64,000 bases of DNA from an uncultured delta proteobacterium (GTDB taxonomy: Bacteria; Desulfobacterota; Binatia; UBA9968): positions 32,001 to 96,000 of the forward strand of contig CAWJZV010000011.1 of assembly GCA_963847445.1 (NCBI GenBank), read 5' to 3'. Each line of letters begins with the position of its first letter. Position 1 is the first letter of the stretch. Made by a program: the position numbers and the translations under genes. This document shows positions 52,873 through 62,099 of the stretch, in pieces. Under the pieces are notes generated by a model, which was not told where the DNA came from, searched no databases, and saw only the letters and a list, made by a program, of their open reading frames with translations.

Positions 52873-53009
52873 GGTGAATAACGCCGAAAGCTAGCATAGG
52901 CCCGGATGCGTCGCAATCGGCGGGTAATCGGCATAACCTCCACGCAAGATAGCCGGTCGTTGTGACCCATTGGTTGCGAGCCGAGTCTATCGATGGTAAC
53001 GATTTTTCC

Positions 53010-53570
53010 ATGCAAAATTTCTCATATTCAAAAAAACCTGATTCCTGGAAATTTATCTTTGCGGTTTGCGCCTTGTCGTTGTCGGTGGGAGCCGGCTGCT
53101 CATTAGTCGGCTCAGGCGAACGGGCGACCGCCGAACTCAAGGACAAGGATGGCAAGACCATCGGGATGGCGTCGTTTGTCGAAGCCGGCAGCGGTGTGCG
53201 GGTTCGATTGGAAGTAAACGGACTGAGCGCCGGACTGCACGCGGTGCATATCCATGCTGTCGGCAAATGCGATACCCCCGCGTTTACCAGCGCCGGCGGA
53301 CATTTTAATCCGGCTCAAAGGAAACATGGCCATCGCAGTCCGGAGGGCGCCCACGCCGGCGATTTGCCCAATATGTTGGTAGCGAAGGATGGCATGGGCC
53401 GTTTCGAAGCGTTCACCGATGGAGTGACTCTCAGAGCCGGGCCGCTGTCGATCTTTGACGCCGATGGCAGCGCCCTGGTCGTTCACGCCGGAGTCGACGA
53501 TTACGCCACCGACCCGACGGGAAACGCCGGAGATCGCGCCGCCTGTGGATTGATCGTCGCGCGCAACTGA
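53010..53570 (+). CDS. sodC: Cu/Zn superoxide dismutase, lipoprotein
   Basis: HAVHIH, SAGGHFNP, HGH, HAGDLPN, VVHAGVDD, GNAGDRAACG. Confidence 0.93.
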   Translation: MQNFSYSKKPDSWKFIFAVCALSLSVGAGCSLVGSGERATAELKDKDGKTIGMASFVEAGSGVRVRLEVNGLSAGLHAVHIHAVGKCDTPAFTSAGGHFNPAQRKHGHRSPEGAHAGDLPNMLVAKDGMGRFEAFTDGVTLRAGPLSIFDADGSALVVHAGVDDYATDPTGNAGDRAACGLIVARN

Positions 53571-53600
53571 TGCTTCGCCGTCACCCGTCGCGCGATGGAT

Positions 53601-54608
53601 TCAGAGGCCCGGCTTCAGCCGGTTAGTTTTTTCAAGTCTTTTAAATCTTCGATGATCTCGAAGTCTTGCTGCAGACTTTCCAACTTCTCGCCGATTTGTT
53701 CGATTTTTTCGTCAGCCAAGTTGCCGAGAAAGGCATCGGCCTTGGCCAGATGAATTGACTTTGCGCGGTTCGAGTTTCATCAGCCGCGCCGCGCTGGCGT
53801 CGACCGACACGAAGTCGTCGCCGAAGATCAGCACTCCGGCGTTTTTGGCCTGGCCTTGCAGCGGGCCGTTGCCCTCCATGCCGACGATGCCGTCGACGAT
53901 GGCGAACTGCGGCAGCGGCAGGGAGCTGTTGATATCCAAGATGCTGTTGTCGATGCCTTGCCAGTGGAGAATGTTCTTCGGCCAGCCGTAGACCGTCCCG
54001 GGAATGATGCCGAACAGGTTTTTCATCGATAGCGTCACGCCGGCCCAATGATGGGTCTTCAACTTGGGCATGGAGACCAGCAGGTCGGCGTTGAACAGTG
54101 TCTCCGGCAGGTACAGTTGTTTGAAGCTGGTATAGCTGCTGCGCACCGGTGTGGCGCGGACATCGTCGGAGTTGAGATCGACGTAGCGGACCTTATGTTC
54201 GCGTATGACATCGTAAAGTCCCGAGGCCGAGAGTAAATATTCGTTGTCGCGCCGATGGCCGGGCCCTTCGGCGACGATTACTTCGGCGGCGCCGAGAGTG
54301 CGAAAGGCATCGATGGCCGCCTCGATGACCGCCGGGTTGGTATTGATCACGCCTTTGGGGTCGAATTCGACTAGGTTCGGCTTGAGGACGATTCTTTTTC
54401 CTGTGACCTGCAAACCGCAAAGTTTGATACCTCTCAGGATCACGTCCTTGAGCGGTTGGTCGTAACCCTTGGCCGCCAGGATGGCGACCCGCGAGGCGGC
54501 TTGCTTGCGAAATGCCTCAGGCTGCCAGCGCCCGGAAGATTGGCAATTGGCGAGTGTCGTGCTGAGCGAGCCCAGGGCGGTGTATTTAAGAAATTGTCGG
54601 CGACGCAT
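53601..54608 (-). CDS. DUF362 domain protein with Tat/lipoprotein signal (C-terminal frameshift)
   Basis: MRRRQFLK, LKPNLV, TNP, PKLKTH..GVTLSMKN..G, DGIVGMEGNGP, DFVSVD. Confidence 0.87.
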
Positions 54609-54617
54609 GGTTTGATC

Positions 54618-55520
54618 TTAAATGTGAAAAGGATTGGACTTGCCCCGCAGCGCGATTAATGCCAGAGCGAGCGTCTTAGTCTCGCCCAGGAATGCCGTGG
54701 CGGCGAAGCGTTTTTCGATCCGTTTGTGAAACTGCGAATGGTCTTGCCCGTAGAGGTTCAGACAGATGGCCGCCCAACAGAGGCCAAAGCCAGAATCGGT
54801 TTCGAGGGCGATCTTGCTTAGGACTTGCAGACTTTCTTGATTGGCTTTCTCCTTCGCATGATCTTGCATGGCGATCAATGCCAGCGCGGTGATATCCGGG
54901 TAGGGCCAAAGCGCGTAGTCTAAAACCTTGGAGTTGCCATAATTCCAACCGCCGCCGGTGCACATGCGATCGTAGATCATCGCGTCAGCTTGGCGAATGC
55001 GCTCGTCGACGTTGGTGCCGGCAAGTCGACCACGCTGTTTTTTCAGTGCAATCAGCGCATAGCTGGTCGGCTCCACCCAGCTAAATGATCTCGGTACCCA
55101 GGACCAGCCGATGAGATCTTTGTTGAGTTTGTTGGCGCCCGATTTGCCGGTGGCCCACAGGACGATCTCAGCGAGAATGCCGGGTTTGCTGCCCTCTTGC
55201 TCGAGCAGCCAGCGCGCCGCGGCGAGCACACGCTCGCTGTGCTCCGCACTATCGCCGAGTGCGGTGATCGCTAGGGCCGTCGTCCAAGAGCCTTCCTTGA
55301 CGGTTTCGTTGAGCGGCCAACTTTGGTCTTGGTTTTGTTGTCGCACCAACCAAGCGACGCCGCGTTTGCGGCTTTCCGCCAGTTCGTTGTCCGTTAGCGC
55401 TGTCAGCGCGGCGACGGCTAAGGAGGTAGCTTCGGTGTTGCTGCGCTTGCCGCGTAGCGCGCCCCAACCGCCATCCGGGTTTTGGTTTTGCAGCAGGTCG
55501 GTGATGATTCGGTCGAGCAT
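54618..55520 (-). CDS. Prenyltransferase/squalene-cyclase-repeat protein
   Basis: QW-like repeats QNPDGGWG, QQNQDQSW; WVEPTS, GGWNYGN. Confidence 0.75.
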   Translation of the reverse strand: MLDRIITDLLQNQNPDGGWGALRGKRSNTEATSLAVAALTALTDNELAESRKRGVAWLVRQQNQDQSWPLNETVKEGSWTTALAITALGDSAEHSERVLAAARWLLEQEGSKPGILAEIVLWATGKSGANKLNKDLIGWSWVPRSFSWVEPTSYALIALKKQRGRLAGTNVDERIRQADAMIYDRMCTGGGWNYGNSKVLDYALWPYPDITALALIAMQDHAKEKANQESLQVLSKIALETDSGFGLCWAAICLNLYGQDHSQFHKRIEKRFAATAFLGETKTLALALIALRGKSNPFHI

Positions 55521-55589
55521 CGCTAATTGGCAGTGGTTCGGTCAGTCGGGGCTATTATAGCAGATCTTTGGTCACGGAACTCGGCGCGG

Positions 55590-56336
55590 CTATTGGAGAA
55601 AATGCAGCCGCGCCTGGCCGCAGCCGAGCTGCCGTTCCGCTTCCGCGATCCGTTCTTGGGTGCCGAGATCTTGCCAGAAGCCTTGGAAACCATAGCCGCA
55701 GAGCTTCTCACCGGCGCCCAACATGCGCGGATAGGTTTCCCTGGTGGTGCTGAATTTTTTTAAGCCGCGGCCATCCATGTAGTCGAAGATCCGCGGTTCG
55801 AGAATCTGCACGCCGGTGAACATCAATTTTTTCACTGCGCCAACCGGCGGTTCCGGAGATCGGTGCTCGAGAAAGCGGCAGATCCGGCCGTCGGCGCCGA
55901 TATCGATGGAGCCATAGCGGTCGGCGTCGGCATCGGGCCGCAGCACCAGTGTGGCTGCCGCATGATGTTGCCGATGGTAGTTCAGCACTTCGGCTAAATT
56001 TATGTCGATTAGGGCGTCGGTGTTGATGACGATGAACGTGCTGTCCTGTAAAAACTCTTTGGCTTTCAGCAGTCCGCCGCCGGTGTCTAAGAGCTCGGGC
56101 TCGTGGGAATAGCTGAGGTTTACGGCGAAGCGCTGGCCATCGCCCAGGTGGTTTTCGACCTGCGCGCCAAAATGATGCAGGTTGATGACGATATCGCGGA
56201 CGCCGTAATGGCGCAGCAGCAGCAGGCCAAACTCGATCATTGGCCGGCCGGCCACCGGCACCAGCGCTTTGGGCATGCCGTCGGTGATCGGCCGCAGGCG
56301 CGTGCCTTGGCCGGCGGCCAGCACCATGGCTTTCAT
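55590..56336 (-). CDS. murU: NDP-sugar synthase, MurU-like nucleotidyltransferase
   Basis: MKAMVLAAGQGTRLRPIT...PKALVPV, LLDTGGGL, WQDLGT; downstream of the AmgK-like gene. Confidence 0.8.
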   Translation of the reverse strand: MKAMVLAAGQGTRLRPITDGMPKALVPVAGRPMIEFGLLLLRHYGVRDIVINLHHFGAQVENHLGDGQRFAVNLSYSHEPELLDTGGGLLKAKEFLQDSTFIVINTDALIDINLAEVLNYHRQHHAAATLVLRPDADADRYGSIDIGADGRICRFLEHRSPEPPVGAVKKLMFTGVQILEPRIFDYMDGRGLKKFSTTRETYPRMLGAGEKLCGYGFQGFWQDLGTQERIAEAERQLGCGQARLHFLQ

Positions 56337-56356
56337 GAATGCCCCCGATGGCGCCC

Positions 56357-56414
56357 AATGGAGAATGGAGAATCCAGAGGGAAAATTTTCCATTTTCCAT
56401 TTTCCATTATCCAT
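56357..56414. repeat. Inverted-microsatellite hairpin (7-bp unit AATGGAN)
   Basis: aatggagaatggagaat-ccagagggaaa-attttccattttccattttccattatccat; same unit as 2900-2971. Confidence 0.85.
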
Positions 56415-56417
56415 GAG

Positions 56418-57494
56418 TCATAGCATCGCCTCAAAATGTTCGCGCAACAGCGGCAGGATTTTCTCAGTCTGCGCCACTTGGGCGAGATTGCGCTGGAGCC
56501 GGCGCACGGTGGGCGGGACAAATTTCATATACCCCGGTTTGCCTTTGACCAGATCGAGATAGTAGAAGCGGCCGACGACTTTTAAGTCGCGTTGGATCGC
56601 CGACAGGCGGTAGATCTCCAAAAATTCCTGCCGCGAGATGGCGCGGCCTGATAGCTCGATGGCTCTTTCGCGATAATACGCGACCAGCTGTTGTTCGATA
56701 TGCGGTTGGACGACAGCGTCGGTGATACGATCGTTCAACAGCGAGGCGAGATCGTATTGTGGCGGCGCGAGCAGGGCGTCTTGAAAATCGATGACGCATA
56801 CCGCGTCGTCGTGGATCATCAGATTCCAACTATGGTAATCGCGGTGATTGAGACAGGGCGGTTGGCGGTCGAGCCTCTGCGCGATGGCGGCGAAGGTCTC
56901 GCGCAGCGTCGACAGCGCAGTGGTCGAGATCTTTGCGCCCGGCCGTTTTTCCAAACCCCATTCGATAAAATGCTCGAATTCCCAATTATAGAGTTTTTCG
57001 TCGAAGCGTTGCTGAAAGGCGATGCAGGCCTCGTCGCGATTCTCGGTGCCAGCGGTTTGCAAGCGTAAGAGTTCGTCGATGGCTTTTTTATACCAGCCGA
57101 TGACTTCGCTTTCGGGCAATCCCTGCACTCGGTCCCACAAAGCGACATCGCCCAAGTCTTCGAGCAGCAGCAGGCCATCGGCTGCCCAGTGGCCGTAGAT
57201 CTTCGGCACTCTGACACCGACACGATCGAGGAAACGGTGAACGTTCAAGAACGGTAGTTCTTTGGGCGCGTCTTTGAAGACCGCCAACTCCTCGCTGGAG
57301 ATTGGCAAGCCGCTGCCGGCGGGCAATTGCATCGCCATCAGCGATGGCGGCGGACCGGCGCCGTTGAGGTACACGCGGTAGTAGCGCCGAGTCGACGCGT
57401 CGCCGGGCAGGGCCGTGATGCCGGTGATTGCCGTGTTGTGGCCGAAAAGCGCGTCGACTTTTTCGGCAATCAGTTGATCGATGGATGCAGCCAA
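56418..57494 (-). CDS. amgK: AmgK-like anomeric MurNAc/GlcNAc kinase (APH family)
   Basis: GDASTRRYYR, LLEDLGD, HRDYHSWNLM, IDFQDA, YDLASLL, QRDLK..G.F. Confidence 0.85.
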   Translation of the reverse strand: MAASIDQLIAEKVDALFGHNTAITGITALPGDASTRRYYRVYLNGAGPPPSLMAMQLPAGSGLPISSEELAVFKDAPKELPFLNVHRFLDRVGVRVPKIYGHWAADGLLLLEDLGDVALWDRVQGLPESEVIGWYKKAIDELLRLQTAGTENRDEACIAFQQRFDEKLYNWEFEHFIEWGLEKRPGAKISTTALSTLRETFAAIAQRLDRQPPCLNHRDYHSWNLMIHDDAVCVIDFQDALLAPPQYDLASLLNDRITDAVVQPHIEQQLVAYYRERAIELSGRAISRQEFLEIYRLSAIQRDLKVVGRFYYLDLVKGKPGYMKFVPPTVRRLQRNLAQVAQTEKILPLLREHFEAML

Positions 57495-57566
57495 GGGTGG
57501 GATTGGGTTTCGCTAACGGTTATTTCCGCCTGGGTGATCTCGTATGCTGCCGACACCGCCGGCCGT

Positions 57567-57791
57567 TCAGACTTCTCAGGTGCCGCCGAAGCCGACGGTG
57601 ACCTTACCGTCTTGGACGATCACGGGAATTTTGCGCCGGCCATTGGTGAGCTGCCTCATGCGCTCGAGACCGGCATCGTCTGCCAAGACGTTGACATAGT
57701 CGAAGGGCACTTTGCGCCGGGTGAAGTCCGCACGGGCTCCCGAAGTAAAAGCTCAAAGATCTTGGCCGTATATAGTAACGTTTTCTGCCAT
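57567..57791 (-). CDS. Glutaredoxin-like selenoprotein with two Sec (UxxT and C-terminal U-x-x-stop; UXX-star type), 74 aa
   Basis: Hand translation: MAENVTIYGQDL-U-AFTSGARADFTRRKVPFDYVNVLADDAGLERMRQLTNGRRKIPVIVQDGKVTVGFGGT-U-EV*. UGA at codons 13 and 72, each followed 12 nt later by a hairpin with a G-initiated loop. Confidence 0.85.
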
Positions 57792-57938
57792 GGTACTGCG
57801 GCTGGATGGCCGGTTAACGCTTGCGTTCCGTCGATATCATCAAGGTAAGCGCGGCCGGGGCAAATTGCAAGTGTGGTTAGGCCTATGTTAGTTTCGTGAG
57901 AATTTATTTCTAGCTTGCTCGCAGACGGAGATTTTCCC

Positions 57939-58832
57939 GTGTCCACCCGCATTAGCATTGCTCAGGTCAACCCAAGACTTGGCGACCTCCAGGCCAACCT
58001 GGCGCTGTATGAAGAACGCATCGGCCACGCCGTCGCTGACAAAGCTGAGCTGCTCTTATTCCCCGAGTTGAGTCTCACCGGCTACATGCTGCGTGATACC
58101 GTGCCGGCCGTGGCGTTGAAGCTCGACGCACCGGAGATCAAGCAGCTCATGACGCTTAGCCGCAAACTGTCCTTCATCGCCGGTCTGGTGGAGGAGAGCC
58201 CCGATCACAGGTTTTTCAACTCGGCGGTCTATTTCGAAGATGGCGAGATTCGCCATGTGCACCGTAAAGTCTATCTGCCGACCTATGGCATGTTCGACGA
58301 GCAACGCTACTTCGCCCGCGGCGACCGGGTGCGCGCCTTCGACAGCAAATTCGGCCGTATGGCGCTGTTGATCTGTGAAGACCTCTGGCATCCCTCGACG
58401 ATTTACTTAGCTGCCTTGGATGGCGCCCTGGCGGTGCTCTGTCCGTCGGCGAGCCCACTGCGCGGCATTGTCGACCAGCAGAGCCAGGACGACAACGCGC
58501 GCTACTGGGAAATGCTCAATCGCGTCTATGCCGAGACCTACAGCCTGTTCATGATCTACGGCAACCGCTGCGGTTTTGAAGACGGCGTCGGCTTCTGGGG
58601 CGGTTCCGAGATCCTCGATCCCTTCGGCGAGCGGCTCGCTAAAGCGCGCTACTATGACGAGGACTTCATCGCCGTCGACGCTAGCTTCGAAGCGGTGCGG
58701 CGCAAACGCACCATGTCGCCGCTGTTGCGCGACGAAGATTTGGATCTGACGATCAACGAGCTGATGCGCATTCGCGAGCGGCCGGGAGCGAATAGCGTTC
58801 AAACGTTCAAAGGTTCCAAAGGTTCAAGGTAG
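57939..58832 (+). CDS. Nitrilase-family carbon-nitrogen hydrolase (glutaminase partner of NadE)
   Basis: [33 protein letters not shown] (E-K-C triad); directly upstream of nadE. Confidence 0.9.
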   Translation: MSTRISIAQVNPRLGDLQANLALYEERIGHAVADKAELLLFPELSLTGYMLRDTVPAVALKLDAPEIKQLMTLSRKLSFIAGLVEESPDHRFFNSAVYFEDGEIRHVHRKVYLPTYGMFDEQRYFARGDRVRAFDSKFGRMALLICEDLWHPSTIYLAALDGALAVLCPSASPLRGIVDQQSQDDNARYWEMLNRVYAETYSLFMIYGNRCGFEDGVGFWGGSEILDPFGERLAKARYYDEDFIAVDASFEAVRRKRTMSPLLRDEDLDLTINELMRIRERPGANSVQTFKGSKGSR

Positions 58833-58906
58833 GTCAATCGCCGAGAAGAAATAGCGCGCGGCAAGAGTCTATTAGCCCCTGCCAACTATCAAGCGATCCC
58901 TTTGCG

Positions 58907-59728
58907 ATGATTCAGATCCCGACCAACACTGCTTTGCTGCGCCAGATTCTCGTCGCATTTATTCGCAATGAAGTGCGCAAGACCGGGCTGGCGCGCGTCG
59001 TCGTCGGTCTTTCCGGCGGAGTGGATTCGGCGCTGAGCGCGATGTTGGCGGCTGAGGCCTTAGGTCCGCAAAACGTATTGGGCGTCTTGATGCCTTACAA
59101 GAGCTCCAACCCGGATAGCCAGGCCCATGCCGAGATGGTCGTGCAAAAAAGCGGTATCGAGTCGCTGTTGGTCGACATCACGCCGCAGATCGACGGATAT
59201 TTTGCCGGCTTCCCCGATGCCGACGCGCGCCGGCGCGGCAACAAGATGGCGCGCGAACGCATGACGATTCTTTACGACCAATCGATGCGCTGGAGCGCTT
59301 TAGTTATCGGCACCAGCAACAAGACCGAACTTTTGCTGGGCTATGGCACGCTGCACGGCGACATGGCTTCGGCGATCAATCCGCTCGGCGATCTCTACAA
59401 GACCCAAGTGTGGGCGCTCTCCGAGGCGATCGGCGTGCCTCAGGTCATCGTCCAGAAAGAGCCGTCGGCGGATCTGTGGAGCGGCCAGACCGACGAGGGT
59501 GAGTTGGGTTTTACCTACCGCGAAGTAGACAAGCTGCTCTATTTGATGGTCGACCAGCGTTACACCAAAGCCGAGCTGGTCGCCGCCGGCTTCCCCGAAC
59601 GGTTCATCGACGACATCGCCGCGCGCATCATGAATTCCCAATTCAAGCGGCGCCTGCCGGTGATCGCCAAGGTTTCGCAACGCACCATCGACCGCGACTT
59701 CCGCTATTCGCGGGATTGGGGGAAGTGA
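58907..59728 (+). CDS. nadE: NAD+ synthetase
   Basis: [24 protein letters not shown]...[29 protein letters not shown]. Confidence 0.96.
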   Translation: MIQIPTNTALLRQILVAFIRNEVRKTGLARVVVGLSGGVDSALSAMLAAEALGPQNVLGVLMPYKSSNPDSQAHAEMVVQKSGIESLLVDITPQIDGYFAGFPDADARRRGNKMARERMTILYDQSMRWSALVIGTSNKTELLLGYGTLHGDMASAINPLGDLYKTQVWALSEAIGVPQVIVQKEPSADLWSGQTDEGELGFTYREVDKLLYLMVDQRYTKAELVAAGFPERFIDDIAARIMNSQFKRRLPVIAKVSQRTIDRDFRYSRDWGK

Positions 59729-59772
59729 GATAGAGATAGAGATAGAGATAGAGACTGGAGAAAGAGACTTGG
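59727..59772. repeat. Microsatellite arm (6-bp unit TAGAGA), upstream flank of four-helix-bundle gene 2, overlapping the nadE stop
   Basis: gaga tagaga tagaga tagaga tagaga ctggaga aagaga cttgg. Confidence 0.9.
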
Positions 59773-59808
59773 AGGGCGAGGCGGCGAGCGAGCCAAGTTG
59801 TGGAAGGA

Positions 59809-60153
59809 ATGTTTAAGTTTTAACGGCTTGACGTGTGGATCAAGTCCATCGCCCTTTACGATCAGATTACATCACTTTCGTTGTCCATCCATCAACGAGA
59901 TCAGTACTCACTTGGAGATCAGATTCGCCGAGCATCATTGTCTATATCCACGAACATTGCTGAAGGAACAGGTCGAGATAGCCCAAGGCAATCGAGATAT
60001 TTCTATAACATTGCCAAAGGTTCCGTCTACGAGGTCGTGAGCTTGCTCCATGTTTGTAAGAAGCAAAATTGCATGCAAGACGATCAATTTCAGAGATTAT
60101 ATGTTCAATGTGATGAAATTGCCCGCATGATAACCGGCCTGATGAAGCGCTAA
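59809..60153 (+). CDS. Four-helix bundle protein (23S rRNA IVP / Avd-like); in-frame TAA at codon 5 (pseudogene or error; alternative GTG start 59833)
   Basis: MFKF*RLDVWIKSI.LYD.I...L..QYSLGDQIRRASLSISTNIAEGTGR....YFYNIAKGSVYE; more AT-rich than flanking genes. Confidence 0.88.
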
Positions 60154-60174
60154 CCGTGCATTCATAGATCCGGT

Positions 60175-60208
60175 TCTGGTCTCAAATCTCTATCTCAAGT
60201 CTCTATCT
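60175..60208. repeat. Microsatellite arm (TCTCTA-type), downstream flank of four-helix-bundle gene 2
   Basis: tctggtctcaaatctctatctcaagtctctatct; reverse complement agatagagacttgagatagagatttgagaccaga matches the left-arm unit. Confidence 0.85.
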
Positions 60209-60213
60209 TCCCC

Positions 60214-61058
60214 ATGCCCGGCATCCTCTACATCGTGCCAACTCCAATCGGCAATCTCGAAGACATCACTTTGCGCGCCCTGCGGGTTCTCAAAGAAGTC
60301 GAATTGATCGCCGCGGAGGACACCCGGCACACGCAGCATTTGCTCGCGCACTTTGGCATCAAGACGGCACTGACCAGCTATCACGACCATAACGAACGCG
60401 GCAAAGCACGGACTCTGGTGGAACGCCTTAAGAGCGGCGCCAGCATCGCGCTGGTGTCCGACGCCGGCACGCCGGCGATTTCCGATCCGGGTTATCGCAT
60501 TGTCGTCGACGCGATTCAGGCCGGGATTCAGGTCGTTCCGTTGCCTGGCGCCTCGGCGTTGACGACGGCGCTCAGTGCGAGTGGCTTGCCGACGGACCGT
60601 TTTTTGTTCGAAGGTTTTCTGCCGGCCAAGGCGCAGGAGCGCAAAGCCAAGTTGCAAAGCCTGCGCGGCGAAGTGGCGACTTTGGTGTTCTACGAGGCGC
60701 CGCACCGGCTCTTGGATTCGCTCGCCGAAATGCTCGAAGATCTTCGGCGACCGGGAGATCGCCGTCGCCCGCGAGCTGACCAAGGTTCACGAGGAGTTTG
60801 TGCGCGGCAAGTTGAGCGAAGTCATCGGCGCGCTTGCGGACCGCGACATTAAAGGCGAAATCGTGATTATGGTGCAGTGGCACCAGCGGCGAGGCGCAGG
60901 TGTCTGACGAGGAACTGCACGGGACGATCCGCCAACTCGCCGGCAACGGCATGGGCGTGAAGGAGATCGCGGAGTTGCTGGGTGAGCGCTACGGACTGGC
61001 GAAGAAGGAAGTTTATAAGCTAGCGCTCGATCTCAAGGCTTCCAAGCTCGCCAAGTGA
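60214..61058 (+). CDS. rsmI: 16S rRNA C1402 2'-O-methyltransferase RsmI (frameshifted)
   Basis: [60 protein letters not shown]. Confidence 0.95.
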
Positions 61059-61061
61059 GCT

Positions 61062-61356
61062 TTACTCGCGCCGAATCGCGAAGCCGACAAAACTATTCTC
61101 CGGCTTTTGCCACTGTACTGCGACATCAGCGACCCGCGCGCCTTGCGGTCCTTGACGACACCAGGCGATGAGTTCTTCTAATTTTCGCTTGCCAACCTTC
61201 CGCCACCGCTTCCACCGAACCGTCGGCACGATTCATCACCCAACCGGTGAGGCCCAAGCGCTGCGCCTCCTGTAACATGGAGGCGCGGTAATATACGCCC
61301 TGGACCCGGCCCGAGATATGGAGATGGACGGAACTTTTTTCCAGCGGATTGGTCAT
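61062..61356 (-). CDS. acyP: Acylphosphatase (frameshift near 61180)
   Basis: [28 protein letters not shown], then WCRQGP..ARV in a second frame. Confidence 0.9.
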
Positions 61357-61579
61357 GGGATTCTCGCAAGTATCTAACCTAGACCGATGGCTGCGGCAAG
61401 ACGACGGTGACGTTTGAGGTCAATCCCTCGGTGGCAATCGCACCCCTTCGACCTCGCTCTGGACATGCTTCGCGTGAAACAATCCGACATCGACCGGTTC
61501 GCGAAGCACGCGGTCGAAAAGCCTTCATCACTTCGCGGTTAAACCCTGTTCACAGTAGAACCCGGAAGAACCAAAAGAT

Positions 61580-61609
61580 TTGACAAGCGGCCAGCGACTT
61601 TTGTAGCCT
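61580..61609 (+). promoter_or_regulatory. Putative sigma70 promoter for the RRM gene
   Basis: TTGACA-N18-TAGCCT about 140 nt upstream of the ATG. Confidence 0.5.
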
Positions 61610-61750
61610 AGCGGCGTTTTTTTTCACGGGGTCAGGTTACCGAAGAGCGGGCCGCGAGGTTCCCGTCCGTGCGACACCTGTTTGCGGCCCGGCTTTTTGG
61701 CTCGGTCGATCCCGCGATGAGTATTCGTCGATCCTACAAGGAGGGCCAAG

Positions 61751-62075
61751 ATGGCAGCGAAGCTATATGTTGGCAATCTCGCCTACGCCGTCACCGACGA
61801 CCGGCTGCAGCAGCATTTCGCGCAGCATGGGTCGGTGGTCAGCGCGCGGGTCATCACCGATAAGTTCAGCGGCCGGTCCAAGGGGTTCGGTTTTGTCGAG
61901 ATGGCGTCCGACTGCCGACGCCGAGAAAGCGTTGAAGGCGCTCAACGGCACCGAGTTCGAAGGGCGCAATATCGTCGTCAGCGAAGCGCGCCCGCAGACG
62001 CCGCGGCCGAGCGGCGCCGGCCGTCATGCAAGTGGCGGCGCACCGCCGCCACAGCGCGACCGCGATCGATTTTAA
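61751..62075 (+). CDS. RRM (RNP-1) RNA-binding protein (one frameshift)
   Basis: KLYVGNL (RNP2), GRSKGFGFVEM (RNP1), ALNGTEFEGRNIVVSEARP. Confidence 0.93.
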
Positions 62076-62099
62076 CCGCGGATTACACAGTCGCTGCTC

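Noticed and set aside
298-59680. Long antisense or overlapping ORFs in the track (e.g. 1878-2780, 11108-11902, 13999-14868, 20016-20864)
   Set aside because: They shadow well-supported genes in GC-rich DNA and lack recognisable motifs.
2900-60208. Short repeat arrays as CRISPR
   Set aside because: Units are 6-9 bp, tandem and inverted, with no unique 30-40-nt spacers and no cas genes.
61669-61680. GTGCGAC as the 5' splice site of the group II intron, enclosing the RRM gene
   Set aside because: It lies in the RRM leader hairpin loop, and there is no room for intron domains I-III; likely a chance match.
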